NCBI GenBank assembly: GCA_905178155.1
Contig: CAJINV010000010.1
Coordinates: forward strand, 2,534,466 to 2,598,465
DNA: 64,000 bases
Origin: Amoebophrya sp. A120
Lineage: Eukaryota; Protista; Dinoflagellata
Direction of reading: 5' to 3'
Part shown: one piece after another, positions 1-13,759 of the stretch
How positions within the stretch are numbered: the first letter of the stretch is position 1
Layout: each line of letters opens with the position of its first letter
Position numbers and translations under genes: made by a program
The notes under the pieces: model-generated
Seen by the model: only the letters and a program-made list of their open reading frames with translations
Told to the model about the DNA's origin: nothing
Database searches by the model: none

Positions 1-1446
1 CAATTTTGTGATGCGCAACATCCAAAGTGATTGCAGCTGTGATGCTGGGCATAATGCATTGACATTGTGCTGCGTCAAGCCATTGCACATTTTTGTAGGC
101 CGATGTTGAAAAATAAAGAAGAACAAGTTATTTTATTCCAGCATTACAACGATACTGGTCGCAATTCCGATTATTTTTCCCCTCGGTCGTTCTCTGGCTC
201 ATTTGATGTAAACGTGTGGCAGAGCAACAGCAAGAAGCACCTTTTCGTGTTCTCACAACTACATCTCTGATAATTCAGTGCGAGCAGTCGATTATTCGGG
301 CGCTGCGACCCGCAAAAAATCATCGAGGAACGACGTCGGTATCATTGGTTTTTTCCTGCGTGCTGATATGCACACACAGTATGAATATTTTCTTTGACAT
401 CTACTTCTGTCATCAAAAGAATGATCGACCTTATCCACATCCTCCGCCCTGCTTGTGCAGCTGGCTTCCGCGGCCGCCCATAGAGAGTTTCATTGTTGTC
501 GGTCAAAGAACAAGTAGTACAGAAGTTGTCGTCGAAAATCGATGGATCATTTGAGATGATCATGTTGATGACGTCGTCTCTTGCGAAGATTTATTTCGGT
601 CTCACCTGCTAAAACTTCTCTCGGATCATCGAAGATCTTCACAGGTGATAGATGTTGCGTCAATTATTATCCTGTGTGGCCCTTTTCAGGAACTACCCAC
701 CTGTAGTCGATGCTCGTGCAGCTATTTGTAAACTATATATCCCCCACGAAATTATAATGAACTCGAACTCGAAGCGGGACTACAGTTTCTCATGCCAGTT
801 TGTGGCTCTGGTTCTGGAAAAATAAGAATCTGTGATGGAGGTTTTGTTTCAGTACTTACTACGGTAGTAATTTTTACCCCCGATCATTATGGACACCACT
901 TTCAGAACATCAAAGACGTGAACAATCGTTGACCCCGGTAAAAATTCGGAAGTGCTCGGTCCTGCTCTTTCTGACATTCCCTTTATTCCTTACTCTTATC
1001 GACACTAACTTACTACCGCACTTGCTTAGCACCGAGAGAATGTTAGTCGCGGTGTAGAAGATGCGGATCCTAGTGGTATTCTCCCAATGTTGGTAGATTA
1101 ATTGCGGAAGTTGTGGGAAATCGAAATCCAAATCTTTAGCAACAGTACAACTAGAACCATATCCCCCACCTATGGATCCTACTAAGCGTGGCTACAAAAA
1201 CGCGCTGGACGCGTCCTACACTGGCGGTACGTCCCAGCTATCGTGGGGAAATTTGAAACTGTCGCAGTCTCACCTTGTGATGCGGAGCGTGGTCCTTGAG
1301 ACAGTTTTTTGTCATGCTTGTTCTCGACAGGTATAAGAATGAAATGGACACTTTAAAATAAGTACTAAGTACCTGTTTTATTCATCTCTTGCATCTGACG
1401 CTGAAGGAAATGAATAATAAAATCTGTAATGCTGAACCTGCATAAG

Positions 1447-3906
1447 GTTTGAGACTGAGGCAGTTTTTTCGTACGATGTCCGCCCCTGTTCGATTTCAAA
1501 GCGTATTCCAACAAGACGGCACATATCAACTGCAAAAGTATCGTACTCGTATAAATGCATTACAAATTTCCGCAGCATGAGAAATAAAATTTGTAATGCG
1601 GATTTGCGTTCAGAAAAAAATTTGTAATGCATGATTGCAATACGAGCACGATAGTACTTTAGCACAGGATACCACACCCAGTCGGGTACAGGTCGTCGTC
1701 GCAAAGCGGGACCACAAGAAATTCGAACAAAACTTCGCCCGAGTTGTATCCTGATTAAAAACTACGTCCCCACGACCCCAGAGTCAAGTTGTCAAATCTG
1801 CTACACAAATCAGCCAGCTTTGGTTGTTTCGCATGACAAGTTTGGGTTCGTAGTGTAGTAGTCCTTTTTAGCTGGTGGAGCCGCATGACAAATTGGCTAC
1901 CTGATCCTGATTCCAGCATGACAAGAAAATACCAGATAGCACCACAGTAGAAAATGGCTGTCATTGGGCTCTGCATGAGAAACATTTTCAGCATGCAGAT
2001 TTGCATTACAACTATGGGGAGGTGGGGACGTTTTTGCATAGGATAAGTTGCAGCAGGGGCAGAATTTGATTCCCGGCGAGCAGCAACGCATGGATCATGC
2101 CGGTGCATTTTTTGGGGACGGCAGCGTGCAGCAAGGGCCAGCATCAGCAAGTGTCGTTCCGCCGCCACCGCCACTACCGAAAAATTTGGGCAGTCCGAAG
2201 AACGCATCTTCAAACCGTCGCCCAGCGCCCATCAGGACGGAGGACTCCGGAACAACAAACGTTGCAGCGACAAGTGGTAACTACAATAATGACTTTTCTT
2301 CACCAAAGAATGTCAAAAATGTGGACGGGCTAGTACATGGTGGAAATCAAATATGCAAGAAAAAAACTGTGTAAAAATGCAGAACATGCGACAGAGTATA
2401 CACCTGTCATGCCAGACAGCCATGAAGTCCGCTTTTCATGTGTGTTTTCCCTTAGAGGCCACGCATGACCACAGGTTTTTTCTGTTATGTAGATCAAATT
2501 TGTGATGCTGGCAGCCAAAGAAAGCTAGACTGACACAGTTTTTTTCTTGGATATCAAAACCAAAAGCACCAGACGACGCCGTCGAGTGGCAATAAAATCC
2601 GCGAAGCCAGTAGCATGCGGGAGTACGCTATCCTGAGTAAAAACGTCCCCACCCCAGAGTTGTCATGCAAAAACACTTGCTCAAAATGTTTCTCATGCGG
2701 GGCCCTATGACAGGTATTTTCTAGTCGTGTTTTGGAATTTGTAATGCTCCAATCAGCATGGTAGGCTAGATTTGTGATGCTTCTGAACGAGGTAAACAGG
2801 ATTACAGTACGAGGCCGAACTTGTTATGCGCAACGCCCTAAGCTTGTAGATTTGTCTAGCAGATTGACTATGGGGTGGGGACGTTTTTCCTCAGAATATA
2901 CGCAGCACCTTTGTCACCGGAGTTTCGGAAACCGAAAACAAGCGGTACAACTTATCCTGAGCAAGAACGTCCCCACCCCAGAGTTGTCATGCAGATTTGC
3001 AATGACAGGAACATTTGTAATGCGCATCTACATCAGAGGCATTTCCAATCGTGTTTTGGCATTTGTAATCCTGTAAACAGGATGAGGAGATGAGTTTGTC
3101 ATGCGACTGTCCTTCCTAACCTGCACTACACTACAAAGACGAACTTGTCATGCATGGCTTCCAAAACTCCTCGATTTGTGTTGCAGAGTTCACAACTTGA
3201 CTATGTGGTGGGGACGTTTTTACTCAGGATACAAGTACGCCCAAATCTACAAGCAACGCCGCTAACATGCTGAATGCGAGGCTCGAGTCCACAACCAGCT
3301 ACAGTCGGCAGGGCAGCAGCAGCGAATTCCGGCAGGTGCGCATGCGCACGCCCAGTCACGGGTATCCAAGAAAAAAACTGCGTAAGTGTAAATTAGTGTT
3401 GCAGAAAATGCAAAACTGTTACACTTGTCATGCTGGACATGCATCAGAGGCAATTTTCGTGCGTGTTTTCACGTACTAGCTACGCATGACAGGAGGTTTT
3501 CTGTGTCATGCAGAGGAAACTTGTGATGCTATTCCTCCAAGAAACTTACACTTACACAGTTTTTTTCCTGGATAACGGGGAAGTGGTGGTTAATAGAAGT
3601 GCTTCTGGTGGAGGAGGTGCAGCGGCCACGACACAGGAGCTGCATCTTCAAACGGAATTTATTTCATCGCAAGGAACTAGTACGACGCCAGCGAATTATA
3701 ATTTTTGGCCCAGCTGGGTCTGGCAGTACGCCGCGAACAGCTTTCAGGACGGACGAACTAGTATGGAATGCAAATATCTGGTCATCAAGAACATCTTCCG
3801 GCGGGTGGTCTGCAACCAGGGAGCCGACATTTGTCATGCTGTTTTTGCATTTGCAGGAAGGGGTGGAATTTATCACGCAGAGAGTATCCGGATCATTCGT
3901 CAATAA
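1447..3906 (+). CDS. Unknown low-complexity (S/G/P/Q-rich) protein, multi-exon; 5' end unresolved (possible ATG at 1172)
   Basis: One continuous frame (..FDFKAYSNKTAHPVGY..PELQQGQNLIP..PPPPPLPK..NFWPSWVWQY..IIRQ*) after removing six introners plus one DR each; no recognisable domain. Confidence 0.55.
1524..1671. mobile_element. Introner family C
   Basis: TIR; DR gcaca/ccaca. Confidence 0.75.
1747..2045. mobile_element. Introner family D
   Basis: TIR; DR agttg/agttg. Confidence 0.85.
2352..2553. mobile_element. Introner family E
   Basis: TIR; DR tcaaa/tcaaa. Confidence 0.85.
2629..2898. mobile_element. Introner family D
   Basis: TIR; DR tacgc/tacgc. Confidence 0.85.
2953..3231. mobile_element. 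Introner family D
   Basis: TIR; DR caact/caagt. Confidence 0.85.
3363..3574. mobile_element. Introner family E
   Basis: TIR; DR acggg/acggg. Confidence 0.85.
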
Positions 3907-4077
3907 GCTTTTTCATCGATCGATCCTTAGACCCCCGTCTGAGATGAAGTAGTGCTCATGGATCTTCGGGACGAGACAAGATGAAACGCACATCCTTTAT
4001 TTCTCACTATACAACAAGACGGATTTTTCATTTTATCATCCACTCCATATCAACTCATTCTCAACAGCATCACAAGT

Positions 4078-7000
4078 TTGCGCAGTGGTCTTTCATCGCA
4101 GAGGACCACCACCCAACCATTTTTGCAAAAATGCATAGGGGCAAGCAACACAACTTCTAAGGGCCCGTCACATTTCAAATATCTCGACGGCGTCCCAGCG
4201 GGAACTACAAGTGCTGGTGCCCAGCAGCAAAGAGGATTTGCGGGTGGAAGTAGGAGACCCTATAAAGATTACATCGACGACGAGCTGTCTTCTAGAGGAT
4301 TCTACTCTCGTTTCCTCCACGAGAAGTGCGGCCTGACGCCGAAACTGCTCCTCGCAGTGCTTGCGGGCTTGGCCCTCGGCGCGGTGCTGGTGATTGTCAC
4401 GTTTTTGCTGTTCGCCGGAGATGGAATATCAAACAAAAAAAGTTCCTCACGATCGTCACTCATGCGCATTTTTGTAATGCAAAACTTTCTGTCATGCTAA
4501 AAAATGCATCACAGCCAAACTTTACAGGGGATTTGCCTAGTGCTTCTGCAATACAAGGAAGAGTTGTTATTCTAAAAAAGTTTGTAATGCAAAACCTGCA
4601 TTAGTTAGTGACTGTGAAAAACTTTTTTCCCTCCATATGGAAAAACGAGCAGTGAGGAGGGCAATCCTTCAAATATCCTGAGTAAAAATGTCCCCACACC
4701 AGAGTTGTCATGCAAATGCGCAATGAGAGGAAAATTTTTAATGCGCGTCTCCATGAGAGGCATCGCATTTCCAATCGTGTTTTTGACTTTGTAATGCTGT
4801 AGGCACGATGGGAAGCTGGGTTTCTCATCCGGCTTCCCTTGCTGACCAGCACTACACTGCAGATGGAAGCTTGTCATGCGCAGCTCTCAAAACTTGGAGG
4901 TTTGTGTTGCAGATTTACCAACTTGACGTATGGGGTGGGGACGTTTTTACACAGGATATCAGAGACCGGGACGAGGAACCCCGGCTCGCAGCAGGAACCT
5001 GCTATGTCCCTGTCCGAAGTGCAACGATCCATAACAAATGCTCTAGTGATATCAAATGCAAAAGTGTCTGGGTCTGGAAGGTTGCAACTTGTAATGCTAC
5101 TTCTGGATCGTGCAAAAATCTGTGTTGCATGAATGCCAAAAGCTGTCCACTTTTGACCCAGTTGAGAGGAAGTTTCTCATGCAGGAAAGGCATGATACGG
5201 ATCTCACAGAATCTGTCATGCTAGGTCCTGCATTCCAGACGACGTGGATCATGGAAAATCTGCATGACAAACCTAGCAATGTTCCAGACCCAGACATTTT
5301 TGCTTTTGATAAGTGAACGGCGTGCCCCATTTCAACGCCGGCGACCCCTGTACTACGGTGACGATCTACCAGAGCGAGCAGGAAACCCTACTCACGAAGC
5401 AAATCCCCACCAACGTGCGAATAAGGTTGACGGAAACTATGCAATGCAGAAGCATCGTACTAGTATAAATTGCATTACAAATTATAGCCCAGCACTACAA
5501 ATTAAATTTGTAATGCTGATTTACCTTATGAAAGAGATGCAATTACTACGAGTACGATACTTTTGCACGGGATAGAAACCAACCTGCAGCAAATGATGCA
5601 GTCGTTTGATACGACAAGGAGTTCGAGTACTGAGTGTATCAATACGCATTGCAAATATGTCTCGTTCCTCTGGAAGATTAAAACTTGTCATGCTAAATCT
5701 GAATGATGCAAATATCTGTGGTGCGTGAGTACCAAAATCCGTCCGCCTTTGACCAAATTGAGAGGGAGTTTCTCATTCAGGAAAGGCATGATAGAGACCG
5801 GAAGAAATCTGTCATGCTGGGTCTCGCATTCCAGACCTAATGGCTCATGCAAAACGTGCATGACAAGTCTCAGAATCTTTCCGACCCGGACATATTTGCA
5901 ATTCATAATCAACGCGGCGTGGCAAATCAGATACGCGTTCGACGATGTGCTGGCGATGCAAGACCTAGCTGCGCAGGTGGAGGACAACAACGCACAATTA
6001 GCCGGAAGTAGTTCGTCATCTGGAGCAGGTACTTCTTCGGCACCCGCTTCCTCAGCCGTGAAAGAAACAAAATCCGTATCGCAAGGAAGAATTCCCCCCT
6101 GGCCCGTATTGACGAGGTAGGTTTTCGAAAATTTGTGTTGCTGATTTGTGACGACCACAAATCGCGTCTGTCTTGCAAGACGCCATTTATTCCACCGGCT
6201 CCGCCGCATTATTCTTGCAGGCGGTTTGTCATGCTGTTGGGCCTGCAGCGCGGACGTTTTTCATGCTAAGCGCCTAGGTCACAGCCTCGCTGCTCAGGCT
6301 TGGTATGGGTCTGCAGTCCGCTCCATCAAGACGAATCTGACTTGTGTACGCAAATCCAGCTACTTCGGAGACTTTGTTTTGATAGATATCTATGGGGAGG
6401 GGGATTTTTCCTTTTGATAATCCGTGGCCGAAATTCAGACGGAAATTACCCGCGAGTTGACGGGTATTTCGGCAGAACCGTATTACAGTGAAAAGTGCCC
6501 CCCACCCCCAAAGTGGCAAAAATTTGTGATGCGAAGTTTCCAAATGAAAATTTTTTGTCATGCATGAAAGGAATATGAATCTTTCTGATGCAGATTCTCG
6601 TGGTGTTTCGCATCGCTCGCATGACAAGCACCGCTCTTGCTGGGATCTTTTGCAATACAAATTTTTGCTATTCACCATCGGAAATCTGTGATGCTGATAC
6701 ACGCAAGAGGGCGAATGTTTCATTTGGAAAGGTTTGCAATGCAAATGCTTTCAAGTTCGGGGGTGGGGGCATTTTTCATTGTGATAAACCGGACGCCAAG
6801 CAAAAAACGCAGCTCGCGTTGAACCTGCACCGGAAATTTCTGAGTAGCTACCAATTGCCCCTTATGCATTGCAAATATGTCTGGGTCTGGGAGAGTGCAA
6901 CTTGTGATGCTCATTTGGATGCTGAAAAAATCTGTATTGCATGAGCAGCAAGAGGAGTCAAATTTGGCTACGCGGAGGGGGCGTTTGTCATGCGGGATGC

Positions 7001-8949
7001 GCGTCGATAAACGGTAAAAAGTCTGTAGTGCTAGGGCATACATCACAGACATCATGGATCATGGAAAATGTGCATGACAAAGTTGTCCTCTACCAGATGC
7101 AGACACATTTGCATTTGATACCCCTCGACATCGAGATTATCGTGAAAAATGCGGAGCTGAAGTTGAACAGCTACTACCGAGTTTTGCCGATCGACTCCCA
7201 GAATTCAGAAACGGCGTTGGTCGATAACTTCGGAACCGAAGTGTTGCAGATGCTTTTGGAGCAGGAGTTTGAAAGAATTCTAGCTTTACCTTCCAGCTCC
7301 GGAGGGAGTGGCGGGGGCGTTTCGGGGACGCAGGTCGTGCCAACAGCTGCAGCAACAACGACAGCGTCAGCCTCCTCTTCGAATGGTGGCAGCGCAGGGA
7401 CCTCAACTTCGCAAGCAGCAGCTGCTGGTCCAGCAACAGCTATCCCATGTAAAAACGTCCCCACCCCATAGTTGTCATGCAAATCTGCATGGTAAAAATG
7501 TTTCTCATGCGGAGCCCTATGAGAAGCGTTTTCTCTTCGTGTTTTGACATTTGTGATGCTTGAATCAGCATGCTAGGCTAGATCTGTGATGCTGCTGGGG
7601 CTATTATAAATAGGATTATACTACGAGGCCAAACTTGTCATGCGCAGCAACCAAAGCTGGTGGATTTGTCTAGCAGAATTCCCATCTTGGCAGCTCTGAT
7701 GTGGGGACGTTTTTACATAGGATAACAGTACCGTCCGCCACGAATCCCGCGTCTGACCGGGGAAAAGTGGTGTTGCCTTACCAACTGCAAATATGTCTGG
7801 GTCTGGAAGAGTGTAAACTTGTCATGCTGTCTTTGGATTCCAAAAAAATCTGTATTGCGTAAGGAGCAAGAGGAGTCCAGTTTATGCTACGCGGCGGGGG
7901 TATTCCTCATGCGGTATAGGCATCAGGACGCCCTCGCAAAATCTGGGATGCTAGGTTATGCATTACAGGCATCATCGGCCATGCAAAATGTGCATGACAA
8001 GTGTTCATCCAACCTTTCAGACCCAGACATTTTTGCATTTGATATGCCTCCCACTCCAACCACGACCACGAGCGCGCCGACTCAGTTCGCCACGAATTAT
8101 CAAAATGAAAAATCCCCCCTCCCCATATCGAAAGGGAAGTCTGTGATGCTGTATTTGCGTACACAAATCAGCTTTGTCGTGCAGTAGAGCACTACAGGCA
8201 GATGCAAAGCCTGGAACGGGGTGGCTTGAGGTAGTCACTTAGCATGGCAGATGTCTGCCCCATTGGCGCGGCAGCATTACAAATCGCCTGCGAAATGCGG
8301 CGGAAGCTCTGGCTTTGCCCTCTTGCAAGACAGACTCGATCTGTGGCCACAAATCAGCATCACAAATTTTGAAACGCGCACCGTTTCGATATGGGGAGGG
8401 GGGATTTTTCCTCACAATACGAATTCCAATCTGTTCACCCCCGTCAGCCTCACCTCCGGCGCGTTGCAAATTGTGACCGACCGCGTGATGGGGGGCATTT
8501 CTACGGCGTCGTATGATACGGGAAGGAAAATCTTCCAGGGCAATGTTCTAGCCGCGAACAACGGCGGTTTTGCATCGGTTCGGATGTACAAAGCAATGAA
8601 TTTTGACAAAGCCGCGGGCTACAAGGGGTTGTACGTGAAAGCGCGGCGGGCGGACGACATTACGAACGACGGCACAAATCGGGAAATCACCCTGGAAATG
8701 ATCGCCGACGTGAGCGGTGTGGGGCAGTACGTGATGGAGTTTAAACCGAATTTTTCGGACACTTCCGCGACTTTCCTCTTTCCCTTTGACGGCTCCTGGG
8801 CGCAGGAGGCTTTCAGCTGGCGGCGGAGTGGGAAGCGGGCGGTCTTGTTTGACCCGACAAAAATCGGGATGCTGGGGTTTATGGCGATCAAGCCGAAGAT
8901 TCTCGGGGAGTTCGCCGTGTACATAGAGGAGCTGGGTGGTTATTTCTGA
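4078..8949 (+). CDS. Single-pass membrane protein with C-terminal CIA30 (NDUFAF1-like) domain; 11 introners; start codon unresolved
   Basis: Hydrophobic segment LLLAVLAGLALGAVLVIVTFLLF; frame kept across 11 excisions; last exon IVTDRVMGGISTAS..FQGNVLAANNGGFASVR..YKGLYVKAR..F.VYIEEL matches CIA30 motifs (D-x-VMGG-x-S, NNGGFASVR). Confidence 0.75.
4427..4637. mobile_element. Introner family H
   Basis: DR tggaa/tggaa; homologous to 46646-46838. Confidence 0.85.
4674..4958. mobile_element. Introner family D
   Basis: TIR; DR tcaaa/tcaga. Confidence 0.85.
5050..5311. mobile_element. Introner family A
   Basis: TIR; DR agtga/agtga. Confidence 0.9.
5438..5574. mobile_element. Introner family C
   Basis: TIR; DR gaaac/gaaac. 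Confidence 0.85.
5643..5907. mobile_element. Introner family A
   Basis: TIR; DR atcaa/atcaa. Confidence 0.85.
6077..6419. mobile_element. Introner family B
   Basis: TIR; DR atccg/atccg. Confidence 0.85.
6481..6786. mobile_element. Introner family J
   Basis: TIR; DR aaccg/aaccg; reverse-oriented homologue at 39226-39531. Confidence 0.9.
6863..7120. mobile_element. Introner family A
   Basis: TIR; DR cccct/cccct. Confidence 0.9.
7441..7724. mobile_element. Introner family D
   Basis: TIR; DR acagc/acagt. Confidence 0.85.
7779..8044. mobile_element. Introner family A
   Basis: TIR; DR tgcct/tgcct. Confidence 0.9.
8098..8419. mobile_element. Introner family B
   Basis: TIR; DR cgaat/cgaat. Confidence 0.9.
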
Positions 8950-10027
8950 TGCCAAATTTTTATTTTTATGAGAAGCATAATGCCCGATCTCAGCCTCAGG
9001 TTCCTCGTTTTTGTAAACAGGAGTGACAGGAGCGACAGAACAGGAGTAAGTTGCAGACATAGAAGAAGAAGATGTGCAGCAGGAGTGTGGGTTTGCAATC
9101 TTCTCGACGAGGAGAAGCATGATAGATAAGGCGGCCGGACTATACAGTGTCGGTGTCGCCGAAGCAAGAGAACAAAAAGTCTACACAAGTACTCACCGCA
9201 CATCAGCCACAGCGCGATCATGAAGCTGATTTTATTTCTGTTGTTCATCCCACCTCTCGTTTGACTGACCTGCGAAAGATAAGAAACGCAGCGAGCTCCT
9301 TCGAAGCGGGGGCACCGAAGCGGCACCAGCTGCCAGTATTCGGTACATATACCTCCCTGTTCGACACAAGCTAGGTGCAAGAACTTGTTCTGTTGCACTC
9401 AGACGAAAAAGAGCACATCATGCACAGTCCCCGTACGTCGAAGAACTTGATAAAAACGAAGGTTGTGAGTGAAAATAAGTCACTGATTATAAAAGCAGAA
9501 AAGTACAGCTGAAGAATTCGACATTTCATGAACGCAGCTGAAGTACGTAAAACTGAACGACAGCATTTGCATGTTTTTTTCGTATTAATTGTTGTTGTCG
9601 GGTGCTCACAGTAGTTGTAGTGCAACCACCTCCGCTGGAAGGGTAAGTAAGTACCTGCTCCGATAGTTTCATACGTCAGTCCGATTTTTAAAGATATAAG
9701 CCCATTTCATGCTCTCACAGGCATTTCTGCACGGCCCCACGTTCGTTCGCTACTTTCCCTTCGTCCCCTTGATATTTACCCCCGTGTCGGAGGAAAGTGC
9801 CACCACCTTCGCAAGCTTGACCTGTACTTGTTTAGTAGGCAGATAGGTTTTCATTTACCAGAATCGTCTTCATCAACATCTCCTCCTCGCTTTCAATGCT
9901 ACCCAAGACTCAGCAGCAAATAGACTTTTTTTTTGTGCCAAGCGGTTCGTTGAGGTTGAGAACGACGACGGTGATGTAGAAGAAGAAGAAGAAGAAGTCA
10001 CTTCCATAGCTTTATTAGATCCCAAAA

Positions 10028-12202
10028 ATGTTCGCCGCCACCTACCAGCAGTTGGAGCAACAGAACAAGAACGCCGGCGGAATAAATAATACTAGCCTAA
10101 ATCTGCACGGCATCGTAAGGAAAAATCCCCCCTCCCCACACAGAAAAGGCATACTTTCGGAAATTTGTGATGCTTGCTTGTGCTCACAAATCGTGTCTGT
10201 CTTGCAAGAAGGCAAACCCAGAAGCCCCCTCCCGCATTATGCCTGCGGTTTGTGATGCTGAAGGCGTACCGCATGGACTTTTTTCATGCCGAGCGCCTTG
10301 GCCAAAACCTCTCCCACTCAGGCTTGCTATGGGCCTGCAGTCCTCTCCAGCAAGACAGATTTGATTTGACTACTCAAGTCCAGCGTCACAAGTGTCCATT
10401 TGGATATGGGGAGGGGGGATTTTTCCTTTTGATACACGGCGTGAACAAGTCCGAGCGGTTACTGTTGCCCAATGTCGTGGAAGAAGGTCTCCGGTCCAAC
10501 GGGTTCACCTCTGCTTTCTCCGCTCCGGTGCACGAGGATGCGCACGACGAGTACAAAAGGGCGCCTGCGCACCACAACACGGTCATCCACGGGACGGAGA
10601 GGGCGCGGCATGTGGTTGACGACCCTGTGAACAAGATGCAGAAGAACACGTGCAGCGTGCGGCCAGCCGAAGCGGGCCACGGGGTCGTGCAACAGCTTGG
10701 GCCCCCCACTTCGCACCAGAAACAGTGCAGCAACACCGTCGAAGCCGACAGCTACACCATCCATTTAGATCCTTTAGGAGTGACCAACGACGGGCCTTCT
10801 ACTTCGAGGGATAATAATACCAGCTCGAATTATTTTTACAGCAGCCGGTGGAATTATTCATACGGCAGCGGCGGGACCACGGGTAGCACGTCCATCGCCT
10901 CGCTGCTGCAGCAAGCTTTTGACACGGTCCAACTTCTGTTACCAACGTACGCCACGCAGGAAAACCTTAAATGGGTCGCGAGGATAGTGTTCTTGGTCGT
11001 CTTGATTCTCTACTTGCTCCCCATGACGTTTGGCTTGGTCGGATTACTCTTCTCCGGCTTTTCGCTCTCGGCGGTGCAGTATGCATTGCAAAAATGTCTG
11101 GGTCTGGAAGAATGCAACTTGTAATGCTAGCCTTACATTCCTGGGAAATCTGTATTGCATAACCGACAAAAGCCGCAGCCATTTTTGTCATGCAAAAACG
11201 TAGTTTCTCATGCGGATTGCCTATGAGATAGCGCTCCGGAAAGTTGTCGTGCTGGGCTGCATTCGGAAGTGTTTCCATCATGCACATTTTAGCATCACAA
11301 GTTTCCAGACCCAGACATTTTTGCATTTCATATGCGGAATCCGTACACGGAGGAGTACAACAAAAAAATCGTCGCCACCGAGCAACAGGCGATGGACCCC
11401 AACGAGATTGCGGGGCCAGAGCAAGTATGAATTGCAAAAGTATCGTACTCGTATAAATGCATGACAAATTCCCTCAGCATGAGAAATCGAATTTGTAATG
11501 CGGATTTGCCTTGAGAAAAAAATTTGTAATGCTAACGCATGATTGCAATTCAATGGAATTACAATTACTACGAGTGCGATACTTTTGCACGGAATAGCAA
11601 GACAAATCTGCGACATCAATTTCCGAAAACAACAACAACCCAGAAGGACTCTCCGACCGCACAACTTCCCCGGTGAATGACACGACGCTGTGGTATTGGG
11701 ACAGTCGGCTGCTGTTCCTCTACGTAATTCCCATTTCCTTTGGCGTCTACGCGTATTTCCGCAACAAAGACAACCAGAACGGGGACGTGGTTACGGCTTG
11801 CAAATTAATATGTCTGGGTCAGGAAGATAATCGCAAGTTTGTCATGCTCGGCTAGCATGATGACATTCATGCGCATAATTTTTTACACAAAAGCAGCTCG
11901 AATTTCAATTTCGTGTCATTCTAGAAGGCAGTTTCTTGTCATGCAGAATAAGTATTACACAATACCTAGCAACTGAGATGAAGCTTGTCATGCTGAGCTG
12001 GCGCTTGTGGTGTGCTCATGGTTCGCCACGCAGCATCACAAGCTTCCAGACTCCGACATTTTTGCAAAGCATAACAATGCAGCAACAATTGCTCGGCGAT
12101 GACGGGAGGAGACGGAACAGTCACACGAGCGCCGGGGCGGCAGGAGGGAGCAACGGCTTCGGAGATGCGGATGAACACGCGGAGTATGAGCCGCTTCCGT
12201 AA
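10028..12202 (+). CDS. Unknown membrane protein with several hydrophobic segments; 4 introners
   Basis: ATG 10028; frame restored across four inserts; TM-like WVARIVFLVVLILYLLPMTFGLVGLLF and LLFLYVIPISFGVYAYF; stop at 12200-12202. Confidence 0.6.
10111..10434. mobile_element. Introner family B
   Basis: TIR; DR cacgg/cacgg. Confidence 0.85.
11080..11332. mobile_element. Introner family A
   Basis: TIR; DR tgcag/tgcgg. Confidence 0.85.
11426..11596. mobile_element. Introner family C
   Basis: TIR; DR gcaag/gcaag. Confidence 0.9.
11792..12073. mobile_element. Degenerate introner family A
   Basis: Eroded TIR, DR not recognisable; removing the element plus 5 nt still restores frame. Confidence 0.6.
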
Positions 12203-13435
12203 ATTCTTGGTCGCGTGCGTCCTCCAGTGGTTCATGTACATACAACTTTACGAGGAACCTATTGTGCAGTTGTTCGAGAAGATGAATGATTCTTCATTTG
12301 GCGCAACAAGCAAGACAAAAGAACTTGCAGATTTTTGTCTAGGAAGGCGCAGTAGCAGTTATGAGGTTGAGGCAAGGTATTATATATTGAAGCACCTACC
12401 TCGTCGAGGACCTGCTTCCTACACAAAAATTTCGACGCAAAAGTAGTATAAAAACCACTAGTATAATTCTTCAAGAATCCATCACCGCACGGAGTCAGTC
12501 TCTCTTTCTACTTGAAGCTGTGATAAAGCAAAGTCTTTTCATCTCGTTGGACTGGAGTCGAACTGGATGTGGGCAGCAGGGTCAACAGCACTTTGTTCAC
12601 TAGAATGTGAAAAGGAAAAAAGACTACAGTTGTGTCTTGTCAGCAAAGGACTTTCTTGTGTTCAACGATTGAACAAAAATCAAGTGTGTTCTTCAACAAG
12701 GGAGCCGAAGATCACCACTTAGCTGTTCAGGACCAGCACAGGAGCCTTCATTTCTTTTTGAGCGGCCGATATAGAAGTAGATCACAGAAGATGACACACG
12801 ACCCTTTGGACCAGTAGAGGATCCCCTCTCTTTAGCGCAGAGAGGTGATCCTCTTTTTCTCTCAAGCTTAATCTCTTTGACCAGTTGGTCTTTTTCTCTT
12901 GGCTTAGAAAGTCCAAGAGAAAAAGAACCTGGTCAAAGACTCTAACTCTAACGTGGTAACCGGGGGCACATACTGCTTTAGAGACCTTTTTTTTTTTTTT
13001 TAAAGCCAAGAGGTAACCGGGACCTTTTTTTTTTTTTGTCTAACCGCTAACCGGGGGCACATACTGCCAAAACGCTGGCTCCGGTGCCCGGAACTCATCA
13101 TCGCACCCACACGCGCACACAGGCGGCGACGCTTGCGCACTACAGCCTCTAAAAAGGCACCAAACAGCCACACTGGGCGCCAAAGTACTAAAGACATCAC
13201 TCAACCCGATAGGCAGACCCACACTGGGGCTCATAACAGGAGCCAGACAGCACACATAGGCATGGGGCACCTCCTGAAAGGGATCTGCAGATGGCGTGGG
13301 CGATCAAGTCCACGAAAAAGAAAGCACCCGAAGGTGCTAACCTTTCCTGTGCAATAGATCACAGATGTGCAAGTAGATCACCCTTTGGACCAGTAGAGGA
13401 TCCCCTCTCGACGTACTCACCTCTGGTGCGGGCCC

Positions 13436-13676
13436 TATCAAATGCAAAAGTGTCTGGGTCTGGAAGGTTGGAACTTGTGATGCGCATTTCAAAACACAGA
13501 AAAATCTCTCATGCATAGGTAGCTAAAGCTGCCCACTTTCTGTCAGCAAAATAGGGGACTTGTCATGCGGATTCGGCATTGCGGAAGCTTGTCGAAATCT
13601 GTGATGCTAGAGCTTCCATGCCAGACCTTCTGTGTCATGCAAAAACAGCATGACTCAGACATTTTTGCATTTGAGA
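13436..13676. mobile_element. Introner family A
   Basis: TIR; DR ggccc/ggccc. Confidence 0.8.
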
Positions 13677-13759
13677 GGCCCTTGCCCACGCCGATGTTTG
13701 AAAACATGAGAATCCCGCCCGAGGACGAGCACGTGCAATACTGTACAACCGACCCGGAG

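Noticed and set aside
3763-3845. tatggaatgcaaatatctgg..ttgtcatgc resembling an exonised family A end, possibly linking the first two genes
   Set aside because: No matching right TIR or DR found; too degenerate to call.
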